NCBI GenBank assembly: GCA_964036045.1
Contig: OZ038378.1
Span: forward strand, 176,328,001-176,392,000
Direction: 5' to 3'
Length of the DNA stretch: 64,000 nucleotides
Origin: Eutreptiella sp. 'Long Island Sound 2002'
Lineage: Eukaryota > Protista > Euglenida
Position numbers and translations under genes: made by a program. This document shows, piece after piece, positions 1-13,600 of the stretch. The notes beneath the pieces were generated by a model that was not told where the DNA came from, made no database searches, and saw only the letters and a list, made by a program, of their open reading frames with translations. How positions within the stretch are numbered: the first letter of the stretch is position 1; each line of letters starts with the position of its first letter.

Positions 1-1239
1 TAGGAACACGCTATTACAAAGCATGATATTGTGTCATGATATTTGTGGGCGATCCGGTTGCCTTCCCAGATAGCACTCCGAAATGGTACCTGCCGAAGAA
101 GGCCATACTGTCCCTCTCTGTGGGGCGTTCCGCTTGTATCACATGGTACGGCATGAAACTGGATCTAAATCCAGCATGTGTCGCGGTACCAGAACAGTGG
201 AGCCAGACATGCCACTGATGTCTGGCAGGGGAATGGAGTTCGTTGGGAGTCCGCCCCGTGCCATGTGGCTTGGGAAACATCCGCTCTTTTGGCGCCCAGA
301 ACTCAGTCGGAACCGCTGCGTCCAATGCATCACTCGGTAAGACCCAGCGCAATGCGACCCTGTCTGATCTGTCGGCCGCTGGTGCCAGCCCTCTTCACCT
401 TCCCGCCCTGTTTTGACCATCGCAGAGCCTGATATCTTATCGGGGATCTGTGCGCTGGCCCCCGGTGTTGGCGCATCAGCCAGCGACGGGAAAGGGCCGG
501 GCTGGTCAGACTGCCTGGGTCACCTTCTACCCCCCGAGTCCCTTGGGGAGAGCGGCTGCAGTTGTGTGGGGGGGGTGAAGGGTGATCCCCTTCGCGGTGG
601 CCGTGCCACCCGGGGTCCGGCGAGGGGGGCCATCTGGGGAGGGGTGGGGGGGAATTTGGGGGGGCGCTCACGGCCAGTCCGGGTACTGTAGGTCGGCTGC
701 TTTTGAGTTGCGATGTTGCGTCACCGGTCCGCCGTCGTCGGCACTGCCCTCCCAGCGCCAGCAGCCAATCGGCGGCGCAACCCGCGGGGGGTGGACCCAA
801 CATCGCCCACCTCAGCGCCGTCCCCGGGCACAAACACACAAACCTCTCAGTCCTGATGGACAGTCCTGGAGCACAGTGCGGTCCGCCGAAGGAAGTTCCA
901 AGGGTGTTGGACGTGCCAGTTTCCCCATGCCCCCGCCGTGTCCCGCGCGGGGCCCCCACCGACGCCGATTGCAGGTCCGGGGGTACCGGGGGCTGGGGGT
1001 TTGGTTTGTGTTGGCGGTCAGGACCGCGCCGCGCACACCCCCAGCGCGAGCACTGGCTCAACCGTCGTGCCATGAACGAGTGGTTGCGAGCGGCGCGAGC
1101 AGATCCCCGTTTACGACATTGCGTTGCCATCAGAATCCGTTGGTGTTGCGTTGTCCGGCCTGGACCAACGGCGTCGAGAGCAGAGCGAAGCACCGACGAG
1201 TTGAGCTTGCGATTTGAGGGTATTGCCGTACACGTTCTC

Positions 1240-1258
1240 ACAGGCGTTGCTCTCTCAG
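1240..1258 (+). promoter_or_regulatory. Candidate SL trans-splice acceptor for the cyclase gene
   Basis: Pyrimidine-rich ..gctctctcAG (1257-1258) lies 8 nt upstream of the ATG at 1267, which starts a signal-peptide-like sequence. Confidence 0.45.
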
Positions 1259-1266
1259 GTGGCAGA

Positions 1267-1683
1267 ATGCTCTTGCGCGCCTTTGTTCTGGCGCTGCAAT
1301 GGGCTAGCCTGACCCACAGCGCAGCAAGCGTCACCGCCACGCTGACCTCGACGGCCACGCTCGTGCCCGTGTGTCGAGCCACCGAGTGCGGGGCCGCGGA
1401 GCTTACGATGGCCGACTGCCACAAGATCCAGATCGAAACGCAAAGGTACGGCATTGGCGACCATTGCGGCTGGCAGGTCTGGGCCCCGGGGGACGCGAGG
1501 CACAAGCGGTGGAGGATCACCGTCGTCCGGGCGCACACACAGCACTGCTACGACCACTTGACGTTGTGGGACTCAGTGGCTGCGGAGTACATCGCGAATC
1601 CGGTGTCCGGCGGCCCACACTTCTGCGGGCTGAAGCTGCCCAACACGCGGCAGTTCGAGCCTGTGCTCAGTGAGGGCCCTCAG
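1267..1683 (+). CDS. Cyclase exon 1: signal peptide and CUB-like domain
   Basis: MLLRAFVLALQWASLTHSAAS, then CGWQVWAP...CYDHLTLWD...FCG. Donor CAG|gtattg, phase 0. Confidence 0.8.
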
Positions 1684-4600
1684 GTATTGCGGCGCCCCAG
1701 TGCCCCCACCCTGGCACCGGCACTGTCTGCTGCACCGTCTGGGCCACTGTCAGGCAGCACCTCGCATCGCTCATGGTGGGAGGAACCCTCCGAACTCAGG
1801 GAGCAGGGCACGTGGTGCCAGGGACGGGATGGGGAATGGCAAACACACAAGCAGATGGGGGGGGGGGGGGGACACGGAAAAACAGAGAGGCAGGTTGTGG
1901 ACGGCCTGAGGACGGAGGTGTGTGGACAGCAAAAACAGTCAAACGACCCCCACAACAACCAGCACAACCCCAATACGCCAACTACTGGGCGCCGCTGATG
2001 CGCAAACGGCACATACTGCCACATCCAGCACAGCCCCAGCACACCAACCACTGGGCTCCACGAACGCGGAAACCACACCAGCAGGAGCACGGGCCGCAGC
2101 GGCCGACAGAAAGCAGCGACCCGATGCAACATGCGAAGGGAAGAACGGGTGACTGTCCAGGGCCCTGTAAAGAAACAACAACCAGACGGAATGTCACACA
2201 GAGGGGCAGAGCCCCTTCTTGCCGCCCTGTGTGTGTGCAATTTGCAATTGGAAAATTATTTTCGGTCATTGGTCTTTTTGCCATCCGCAAGCAGTTGCAG
2301 CTCAGACATGGCCCACATCCTAGTGGTATCTGTGTTATGGAGTTATACCTCAAAGTGCGAGGTTCAAAGCCCCCTTCTGTAAGGGGGCTCCGAGGCTTGG
2401 ACCCGCCCCCAGAGGGGGACGCCTTTGCACGCGATGCAAAGTGTTGGTATTCCCGGAAGTATTGGAACCCTACTTCAAGCCTCACCTTGCTCTAGGCATA
2501 CCTGTGGGTTTTGGGCAGATGATGCCTCCGAAGAAGATGGTAACCACGATGAAGTGTATTGTGCGGCATGTTTGTGCTCTCAGGAAGTCATGATTTTCAT
2601 CCGACAATCTGGTCTCTAGCAGCACATGCACATGCACTACGCGTACATGCAGTCCAAAGGGGGCGCGCATAGTGCAGTGCAAGCGCACTGCAACTATTTG
2701 GGCGTGTGGCCATACTAGAGACCCATACTTTGTGACACTAGGGGGGCATCGTTGTTGTTTGAGAGTAGGTTTTGATATTTCTTCCACATTGGGGATATGG
2801 CATTTTTGCATTTTCACCTAGTTTCCCCCATTTCCACCCTTTTTCACACTTTTTTGCTCATTTCCACCACATCCGCTCTTTCCTAGGTTGATTTCACCCC
2901 ACGATGGGACCTCGAGAAAGCAGAGGTGATGTATCCATGTTGTTTTCCCCCCATCATGGGGACCCCGAGCAGGCACGGCTAATGTCGGACCTCAGGATCA
3001 TGATCAAGGCCGAGGGACAATCCAGCATCCTCCACAAGTGTTGTATCACGTCCAAGTACTATAATCGAAGGTTACCTCACGGGCTTGATCAACGCCAAGG
3101 GTCCTTCGTGCTAGCCAAGAGGTACCATGCCGCCATTGCGACAGGGTCGGCAGTGGGGCTATACTAGACGGCCATACCTAATCCTGGGTCCATTGTCCCA
3201 CCCCCATTTGTGGAAGATGGACCACCTCCTGCCCCCACTGAAGGAGGTCTCCTAGGGTCTACAGTGGGCCATGCTCCTCAGGCAGGGGTGATATAAGGGC
3301 ATTTGGAAGGGGTGTGCTTGGAGACTCTTCAAGGAGAACCTAGTCTAAAAAGTAGCACGCAGTGCACGCGCAGTGTAAGGGCGCCCCCAAAGTTGTACCC
3401 GGTGTCTGGAGGAACGTTTCATACCAAGTCACACGCCTCTTTTGATTCAGCATTTTCGGCTGCTGAACTTGACTGGTCATTCAACATTTTTGTCTGAGAC
3501 TAGTTTTTGGTGATATTTTGGCCATTGTGATCCCCAAACAAAATGTCCGCCGCAAAATTTAATCTCGGCTTTTATGGGGTCTAGTGTCCGTCTCGGGCGA
3601 CCCCCTTGCAAGACCTGGGCTCCACGCCCCGTCCCCCCTGCCCCTCGAGTGCCGGCAACCCCCGTTCGACCCGGTGCAGCGCAGGGCAAATACCGGCAGC
3701 CCCAAGACAAACACCGGGCGTCCCAGGGTGCCCGTGCAGCGCGCAGAGACGCCCTTTTGTTCTGCAACTGAGACAGTCCAGCAAAACACTTTCCTCCCAA
3801 TCCCCGCCGCGGGAGTGCCATGAGCCTTCGAGGTGGCCGAACGAGTGCTCGCTTGCCCCCCCCCCCCCCCTTCCCGTCAGTAGGGGGAAGAGGGTCCAAA
3901 CGGGATGGCTGGCATTCCATAAGTAGACCATCAGCACAGTCTGGCCCATGCATGGCCCCGAACAGAGCACGTGCCCCGAGTGCATCCGTTGCTAGCAACG
4001 TCCCCCAACCCCCCCCCCCCCCCCGACGCCAACACGGGTCCCAACACCACCACACATGCTGGTGGACTCCATGCCACTGTGGCACTCAATACTGTTCAAG
4101 GACACACGTATGAACACATACTCTTGCCCGGCTCTCATAAGGATAGGGATACACACTATCGCACAGCTCAGAAACATGGATATTGCGACACACCTCCCCC
4201 GCACCCCGATCCCAGTGTACTAGAGTCGCTTGGCTTGCTTGTCGCGGCCAACACGTCCCAGTTGGTGGAGGACGAAGGGCGGCCAGCGTTCCGGCTTCAT
4301 TGGAACAAGAGGCCCATGCCAAGGTTTCTGATGCAACTGTACCCAGAGGCCCCACAACAAACCCCGGAGACATGGCAGGAATGGGCCAGACTCTCCCTAC
4401 CCCCAAATGATCTGGTTTTTATCCAGACAGCAGTCTGGAAAAAACTTACGGTGGGATGCCGTTTGGCCAGCCGGCAGCCAACAGAAACCGCATGCCCACT
4501 GGACAGAGCACAGGAAACAATGGAGCATACGCTCACTCAGCGCAGGTTCCTCCCAACAGCGTTCCACCTGGCGGTGCAATGCATAGGACCCATCCCCCAT

Positions 4601-7600
4601 GAAGGGGGAGCTGTAGTTGACCCAGGGAGGGTCTACTCAACACCCAGTGTTGTCAGTGCCAACGCCGTTGGGACTGGTGTACTGGTCAGCGATCAGAGCG
4701 TCGTGGTTGGTGAGGTGTACGCACAAGTTTCTGGCGCTGGCTGCACCCCCATCCTAGTCCCACTTGCTGCACACGTGGTTCTGTCTGAATGGGAAGAACA
4801 CCCCAGCCCCTCCCTCCCAAAGAGTGAAGTCACCCTATTACTACATGCCTTCAAAACCATGGATGCTTCCACAATATTGGAGCACCCCAGAGTGCGCGTG
4901 GCTTCAGACGGGCCATTGCCCACGTTGCACCAGCCTGCCCGCAAAAAAAAGAAAAAATTTTGCACAGGCAGCAGAGTTGGCAGAGTCTATTATACGCAGT
5001 CATGTGGAGGATGGATGGTCCATTGTGTACCCAGATGGATCATCACAGAAGCACACAGAGGTGGGGAGGGTTGGGGGTTATGGAGTGTACTTTGGAGATC
5101 ACAGGGATGCGGCAGAGTTCCTGCCCGTGGACGAACCACAAACCAATATCAGAGGGGAGCTCCGGGCAGCGCTCCGAGCATTGCAGGTGCACATCCCAGG
5201 GACCCGGTCCCTCATTTGCCCAGACTGTCAGTTAGTGGTAGATGGGGTGCTGGGGCTGGCACAAAGGTGGCGTCGGCACAAGTGGAGGAACACTATGGGT
5301 GAAGTGGCGCATGCCCACTTGTGAGCCCAGATTCTGGAGCTCACACACCGCTATGGCACAGAAATCAAGTGGATGCATGTCCCCTCACATATAGGCATCT
5401 GGGGAAATGAAAAAGCGGACCAGGTGGCAGACCTGGGAAGACAAAAATCACCGGTACTCTTCGGGAGAATATCAGTGTCACCGGGGCCGGAGGAGGAGGA
5501 GGAGGAGGAGGAACGGGAGCTGTTGGAGGGAGAGGGATCAGTCTGGGGATATGAGGAAGAACCCCCCCCCCCCTGCCGGAGGAAGAATGCCCCCGCACGC
5601 CCCACCGGACGCCGGGGGACACCACAGCCTACACCAAAACGACAAGTGGGAATGCTCAGTCCAGGCATCATTGAATCGCCACTGTGGGATGTGGAGGTAT
5701 GCATGCCAGCCATGACACGCAAGTGCCGCAGGATTGGCACGCCTGAGCCCCAAAGCCAAATCAGGTACACCCCGCAACCGTCGCGGATGCCGCTGCATTC
5801 GCAGCCAACGCCAATGCCAGGAGTGCATAACATGCCACGGGTAGTGGGACCCAACAGGTGCACTTTCAAGACACCAGAGCCACCGTCCCCACTCACACCC
5901 AGTGGTAGGACCAATCTGTTGCAGTCATGAACTTGGTCAAGATGGAAGGGGGGGGAACCCCCCCAGAAGGGATGATGTCGGACAGTTGGATTGCAGGGGA
6001 CTCAGACACTGAGTCCATTGCTGACACCAACTCCACGATGTCGTGCAGCACAGCGTGCTCCCTGAAACCTGTAACTCACTGTAACCTAAGGTCCAACATG
6101 CGTCCAATGTGGTGCGGGCCGAATGGGGCCAGCAATCAGCACGCGCAACGTGGGACTGACCACTGACCGGTATGCACGCCTAACCCAATAGAGTCCACGG
6201 GTTCAAGGGCCCAGATCTGACCGTAAAGGGCGACATGACCAGGGATAGGGCAGGGAGCGAGCACACAAGACGTTGGCTGTGCGGACGATCGGCGGACATT
6301 GGCTCCAACAGTGGACAGTAGGCGTTGAAGGCCGTGGGGAGCAGGCGCGGCTGGAGCCTAATGCGGACATTGCAACCTGACCCATTGCAGCCCCCGACGT
6401 CGGGCTCTCACTGAAGACCTGCACGCGCATGTGGGGGGGATGTGGCGTGCCCTCCTCCGCCAATTCAAGAGAGGTGGGGCCCAAGACACGGTCAGGCTCG
6501 CCAAGTCATGCACCCGCTCCGTGTTACAAGGTCACACTTCGCTTCGATGCGCCTGTCGGGTTCACTGGCCTTGATCGCTGGCGGTCGGGGGTGGAGGTGC
6601 ATCTGGAGGTCCTGTGCAAGCCCGGATGGCTGGGGGCTGAATGCGACCAACTGTGCTGCCTGCACGGCGTGTGCGACCCGGCGACCAAGTCGTGTGCAAA
6701 GTATGCTCTGCCCCCTGCGCTTGTTTGGTCTTTTCTGTTGTTCATCGATGTCAATTTTCGAGCCTGCGGGGCAGGTAGCTGTGATTTGTGCTGCGCGCGT
6801 TCGAGGGGGCGGCGGGGGAGGGGAGGGCACGAGGTGGATAAGGGGGTCAGCCTGTGATTACGGTGGGGTGAGGGGTGACCACAAACAAAGAGTCTTTGCT
6901 GCCCTGACCATTTGCGATCAAGATGCGTTGAGATGAGCGTGAGACAACGGCCGGAATTCGGACAGAACTGACCCAGCAGCCCGTGTACACCGGGGACCTC
7001 GGCTGCAAAAAGTCCTTTGGGAGCGATGTCTGTTTTATTCTAACGGGCCCTGTGCATACATTTTCCATTATGCATTTCTGACAATTCTCCATTTTCCCCC
7101 ATTTTTCCGGAAGAGCTGCTCTTGGAGAATCAAAGAGGTGGAGAGTTAGGAGGTCTACACCACCGGTCCGAGACCCCCCACGAGGCGCCCACCCAGACGC
7201 TCTACCAACAAGGTCACACAGTGCAGTCGCCACGGGCCACGACGCATGAATTAGAGGTCCGAGTGCCAGGCGGGGCAGAGGCAGTCCTCGGCACTGAGGG
7301 GGCCGCGGCCCTGGAAGCCGAAGCCTGCGACCCGCGTGAGCAGTTGAATGGGCACATGGTGAACCGCCCAAGCGAGAGCACCGTGTACTTGTGTGTGGCT
7401 GAGTGGGCCTGTGCTTGTGGGGCTGTTCGCATGCGATGGGGGAAACGGGGCCGTTGCCCAGTGAAATGGTGCTCACAGTGCGCGCGCGGTGTAGGTGCCC
7501 CCCCCCCCTTGGGCTGCAAAAGTGGCCAGCAGGAAGGGACACTCGAGCTGCGTTGCTTCGTGTAAGCCCTGCCCCTACCCCCCCCTCCCCCCCCGACATT

Positions 7601-10600
7601 TAGACGTGCTATCCTCCCAGCCTCGAAGTGTGTCAGGGTCCACCCGGTGTCCCCGGTGGCGAGCATGACTGGGGGATCCATCTCGCCGCTGCTCGAGAGA
7701 AGTACTGTGCACCCATGACCAAAAACACAGAAATGGCGAACGACGAGACCGACATCAGCGGGATCGAGACTCGGTCGGTCTGTCGGTTTTGTCGTCCTGT
7801 TGTCGGCCGGTCGCTGGCACGTGTGCGCACTCGACACGAGTGGGCGGGGGGCACTTCGGCGCGATCTGGCTTTGCAGGTGCCTCAACGGTTGGATGGGCC
7901 CCACTTGCGATGTGCCCCAGACGTTGGACTCGGGATGGGGCCTGCGGATGGACTTCTCAGGCCTCGATGCGGGGCTGGTGACCGGCAGCGCGGGGCCCCC
8001 TTGTGACGTCATCGGAGGGAGCACGGCGGAGGTGTCTGTGGAGGTACTGTGCCCTCGCCCTCCCCCAACGGGGGTTACACCATGGGACCAGGTTTTCTGT
8101 TTTTCAGGTGAAGAAGAGTCGTGCCAAACGCCGCTTAGCAAATGGGGGCTAACCGCCCGCGGCTGATATCTAACTGCCGGTATTTGGTGGCCAACTGACG
8201 TCAGTGGTCAACCGCCCGCAGTTGGCGTCGGAGATGTCATGGAGGAACCAGCTTTTTCGTTGAGTTTGGTAAAGTCCTGCCCCACGGGACCGTGGACCGT
8301 CACTCTGTCAGTGCGGAAACAAACCATGGGGCGTTTTGAACTGGTTTATGTACTTTGACCAGTTCCAGTTGTCAAGCGGTGCATGCCTCCAAAGCCTCTT
8401 TGGATGGCTTTTGAGAGGGCTGTGGGGGTGGCTCTCTGGACGGCTCACATCGCTCTCTGCTACTTGGAGTCATCACGCTCCGCGTGCAGTGTGCTGCAGG
8501 GCACAGTACTGCGGTACCAGTGTCTGTCGCTCCGGAATTACCGCCAACTGCTGTCAGTACAAAGTCGCTGCCGTTGTTGACCGGCCCCACGCTGTTGGTC
8601 AAGTCTTGTTGTTGCTTTCTTTTTGCACATCACGGACGTGTGGATCGCTGGCGCATTGGGTGCCCTAGACGGGGAGATGACCCTAGTTCCATCGCTGCCT
8701 TGCTGCGTTGCAGGACGGGATCTTTCATTTCTCAAGCAACACGACCCAATCCACCAGAGCACTGCTCTTTGCGAGGAGCGCTGCTGCGAAGATCGCCGTT
8801 CCTGGACTGTTCAAGCCCGCGAATGGGTGTGTGTCCAGTCATCTTCTTTTGTGCCCCGCCACCCGTGTCCTGTGCCATGCCCTGTGCAGGCGCTGTGCAC
8901 ACCCTCGGGTGCCCGCCCTGTGTATTCACGCATGTGCCCTCCGCATGCCCCGTGCGTGCTTTATGCACTCCTGGCCTGTGCTTGATGCATGTGCTGGGCT
9001 GGTCGAGTTGTTCATCTGGGGACCCAGAACCCCGACCGTTTGGCGACTGCTACTTTTTTTTTTTAACTATTGTCGTGTTTTTGTCGATTGGAACAACCTC
9101 CGTCAGCTGCCAAGTCGGTTTTTGATGAAGTTGATGCCCGCTCGTTCAAGGGTAATATGTGGCATCAGTTCTTCAACTGGTGATGTAATGAGGTGCCCAT
9201 CACCATATTTGCGAACAGGGGCCATCCAAAAACATTTGGAATTCCAAGATTTCCTGCTTGCTATGAGAGTACTCTTCAACCTGCAAAGACAAAATTCATC
9301 CTCATGTCACATTTTTGTGAAAAGAAAATTGCATGGTTGCGTCACGAGCCGACAAGAGCGCTTTTCCTATGGCGCGCAGAAAGGAAAACCCAACTCGGAC
9401 ACCGACTCGGTGTTCCTCTCAAATGTCCTCGGAAGTCAACTACTTGCTGGACGACATTTTTTGTGATTGATTTGGCGTTCTTGTTATCTAATCGCACCGT
9501 GAAACGAATCAAACTGCAAAATGAATCGAACCGAAAACCACAAAACGAATAAAACAGATTTCTGTAACCCTGCGGTGCGCAGATAGCGTTCCCGACGTTC
9601 CCCTCCTTTTTCCGATCTATGTGATGTGCTCTAGTATGCTCTACAGTCTAAAAATAACCTGCAACCTAGATGGCCACTGAGGGATACTGCATGTGAATAA
9701 AGCTGAGGTGGTGGCCCTCCCACTCGCAACTTATCAACCAGTGGCAAGGACAATCAATGGCCATCGGCGCAACCTCAGAGCTTCTGTACAACTCCTTTGA
9801 GGGGCATGGGTCTGAGATGCGGTGTTGGAAGTCATGGGGTGGTGCGGCATGGTCCTTGACACCTTCGCCCCGTAGCCATTGTGTAGGAGGCATGCGCAGT
9901 GCCTCAGCCTTGGTTTGGCTGGGCAGGCAAGTTGCACACAGCATGGCACAAAGCCAAAGCACAAGGAGTAACCGAGCACCACATGGCCTGTTCTACAGCG
10001 AATAGCACCTTGGTGTCCCAAGGAGATGGTGGCGGGGGCGCGTTCCCACGGCCCATCGGTTGGCCGTGTTCACACCGTCCATGCAGAGGCCCTTGGCCCT
10101 TGCCTAGCACCACCGGGTAGGTATCCGGCTGAGCACAAGATAGGCGAGTTGGTGGTCTTATTGAAGTGGCAAGCCAAGTGTCACGACCTGGTGGTTGCAT
10201 GTGCCTCCTGTGCCCCCCTCCTCATGGGAGCCGCCCTTATACGCAGAGCTAGGGCGATGGTGATTGATGCCCCAAGGTAGATTGGCCATGCCTACAGTTG
10301 TTAGCTACACTCACAACTCCAATCCCATGAGGGCAAGCATGCAATGCCGTTGCGCTGCAGCATTGGCTGCACATGGTCTTGGGTCTACCATGTCCCAAGT
10401 GGGTGTGCCATTTCCTCCAAGATCAATACCACCATCTACAGCCCCATTGCACCCAGTGCCCTGTCCTGTACCATGGTTTGGGCACCCAACCAATGAACGA
10501 GTGTGTAGTGGTACTTGCCGCTGGCTTGTGTGTGGCGATACGTGCCCTCGCCCTCGTGGACCGGTGTCGCTTGGGGTGATGTATGCGATGGTGCCTCATT

Positions 10601-13600
10601 TGGTATGGCAATGTCCACACCCAAGCCAATGTAGATGCGCAGGACGTAGGAGTCACATGGTCAGGCTAGTACGGTCCCGAGACCCCAAGTGCGCTGCCTT
10701 AGTGTTCCAAGGGTGGGGTGGTCTCCACAGTGTATCTTTCGACCGTGGCAATGTAGATAGGAAGGGGAGGGGGGGGGGCACAGTGGGACTGTGTCCTGGT
10801 CTGCCACTGTTGTGCCCCATTCCCCCATGGCATGCTCCAAGAGCGTTGCAACATTGGCCATCGAGCACGCAACCCTTTCACGAATTGTGTCCACTGTTTC
10901 TCTGGTCCCGGAACACATGGCGAGCGGTGTGCCTCCAGATCACTCTGCCGCCTGACAATATTTCAACCCCTGAACAACATGCCCTTGAACACAATGCCCT
11001 CCTCAACACTGTGCCCCATTCACACAATGGCCGAGGATCCCTGTAGCCCCTAAACACGAGGCCTGCGGATCTCTGTAACCGCTGAACACTGTCCCCACAT
11101 GTTGAATACTGTGCCCTGGAACCCTGGATCTCTGGGTCATTGTGTCCCAGAGCACCGTGGCTGTGGGCACTGCACTCCCACATTGCTGTGCCCCCTGTAC
11201 TCCCAGATGCCTGTGCCCCTAGACACGGTGCCCCTTGAACTGCCCCCTGAGCAATCTGCCTCCAAAGCGCTCGGCCTCTGGATGCTGTGCCCCCTGAAGA
11301 TGATACCCCCTGATACCAAACCATTGGACCCTCCTGCCCTGTCAACACAATGCTCTTTGAAAAAACCCACTCCGGAACACGAGCCCCCCTGAAGACTATG
11401 CCTTTGGTGGTGCACAAGGCCCACTGCACACTGTACCCCTGGAACACTTGACCCCCTGAACACTGTACTCCCAGATCATTGTACCCCTGTAGACGGTGCC
11501 CTGCGAACGATAGGCCTCCTGACCAGTATGCCTCCAGAGCACTACCGCCCCTGACCACTGTGCCTCCAGAGGACTGGGCCGCTGACCACTATAGGCCTGC
11601 AACACTGTGCCGCGTTGGCAATGTGCCCCTGGAACATCCCAGCCCCCAACACGAGACCCTCTGAACACTGCGCCTCAGTAGACTGGGCCCATGGAACACC
11701 GTACCAACAGAACACTCCACCCGGACCACTATGCCTCACGTGCGCTATACCCCCTGACCACTACCCCCCCTTGACGTGTGTTTGTACGCCCCCAGGGCAC
11801 TGCCCCTCCTGAAGACTCTGCCCCCGGAACGCTATCCCTGATGATGTTGTGCCCCCTAAATACTGTGCCCCCGCCACTCTGCCCTCGCACCACACTGTGG
11901 GTCCAGGAATGATACGATGGTAGACCACTGTGCTGGGGTGGCATGGCCCTCCCCGCCCGTATCCAATTTGAAGCTGGCCTGAAGGTTCCCAACCCTTTGT
12001 GCTGATGCAGCTTCGCCCCCGCCACCCCACCCTCGCAAAATATCTGGCGTGTCTCCAGGTCGTGGACACTGGATTTATGGGTATTGGCCGATTTAGCGGA
12101 CTCACGCGTAACATTTGCACGGCTGCGGGCCCCATCTGACCCGAAGAAGTCCGTTCTAGAGCTTGGTGCCACACCGGAGGGCCTGATGGTTACGGTGCTG
12201 CAGACGCAGTATCGGACGGTCGACCCCGACCGATGTGTGTTTGCTTGGTGCCATGTGGTATTGACTTGGGCTCAGTACCAGGACGTGCCGCACGCCCATG
12301 TCTCTCTGTTTATTGATGGGCAGAGGGTCATGCTGCAGCAAACGACCGGGGCAGTGCAGGTAGTCGCTAACCTGGAGCCTTTTGTGTGACGGTCAGTTGT
12401 AGAGTCAGCGTCACCCACCGGGGGTTGTTTGGCGAGTGTCGATTTTCAAACCCCTTAACACGGTCTGCAGCTGAGAGACGGTTCACTTCACGGCGACATT
12501 AACGGGCCTGTGGCCGTCAGCGGATTCCCGGATCCAGGCCGTCGCCACCGCACTGAGCCTTCGTACCGGCATGGACCGCCTGTTTTCCAGATTGATTTGA
12601 CTGCCGAGTGCATGCGACTGGGCCATCCTTGAGCAGTACGGGGAGGACTGGGAAAATGCGTCCGCATGATTTTTTTTTGCCATCTATTCTCTTCTATTCT
12701 GCCATCTATTCTTCTTGTCGCGGAGGGCCGCGCCCCACACCGCGTTTTGGAAATGAAGTATCGCCGCCGAGCCATCTCCTGACCGGACGCGCCGACAAAA
12801 GAAAACGCCCCATAGTCCATCGCAATCAGCGCGACGAGGCGATCATTTGAGTGCTGTGCATTGGGGTGCCCGCCCCCCCCCCTCACACGCACCTCTTCGA
12901 CCAACAATTGGGGCATGGGTCATAGTGACACCTTTCCAAGCCGCCTGCCCGGGAGTGCGCAGTTCCCAGGGGTCGTCCCTCCTTCATCAATACATCCATA
13001 GGCAGCAGATCTGCAGTTTCCATGCCGACATACCGCTAGTGTCCCGCACGTAAGGAATCACCCCGTGCCATGTGCCGCCATATAAGACACGCCTCGTTCA
13101 CATCTGTTTGCATCTTGAGCTCATTAGAAAGTAGTTGCGTCTGGTACACGGCTCCGTAAGATCCAGCTTGAGATAGCCGTGTCTAAGGTGCCCAGCACTC
13201 GAGGTGAGTGCTTCTATGTTGTGTACTCTTTGACTCGCTGTTGGGCAACCCGTGCTTTCGGGGGCGGGTCGCCAAAAATAAAGGACGCATCACAAAACAG
13301 GACGCAAATACACCCCGGCTGGTTGGTTTATTAGAGCGGGCTCGCCCGCCCCCCGCCCCCCTACAGGCAAGGCTTCGGCATCAAAGCGTACCCGTCCCCT
13401 TTGTCTATGTATGATGCAGCCTGACCAAGATACAGAGGGCGCCCGCACCGTATCAATTTGGGACCTCATAAAATTCGGGTCCAAATTTCTTAAGTGGGCC
13501 AAGATGCACGGGCCGTGTGCATTTGTGATGGTTTGTTGTGTCACAGCGGTTCGATTAGGAGTTGGCCAACCGTCCCTCACCTGTTTGGCTACCATTTGCT

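Noticed and set aside
14-352. Minus-strand ORF with faint RNase H/RT-like words
   Set aside because: No complete motif, and it is too short and degenerate to call.
703-1266. N-terminal extension of the 431-aa ORF and long antisense ORFs over GC-rich exons (e.g. 19490-20785, 34300-36222)
   Set aside because: These are Arg/Gly/Pro-rich shadow frames expected from high GC content, with no domain motifs.
3167-3182. 5S rRNA start-like acggccatacc
   Set aside because: The similarity ends after about 11 nt. No 5S gene was found, including near the SL sequence.
8557-8630. Possible non-conventional euglenid intron (GTACAAAG...TTTGCAC stem with +4/+5 CA and -7/-6 TG)
   Set aside because: A fully canonical exon at 8714-8826 satisfies the phases and gives a better LamG start, so the stem is not needed.
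8623-8830. PAN/apple-like reading (GRDLSFL...CEERCCED) in another frame
   Set aside because: No AG acceptor gives compatible phases. The overlapping frame used as exon 4 fits.
13040-13299. Solo LTR candidate (TGT start, TATA-like box, AATAAA, CA end)
   Set aside because: No target-site duplication found and no second copy in the window.
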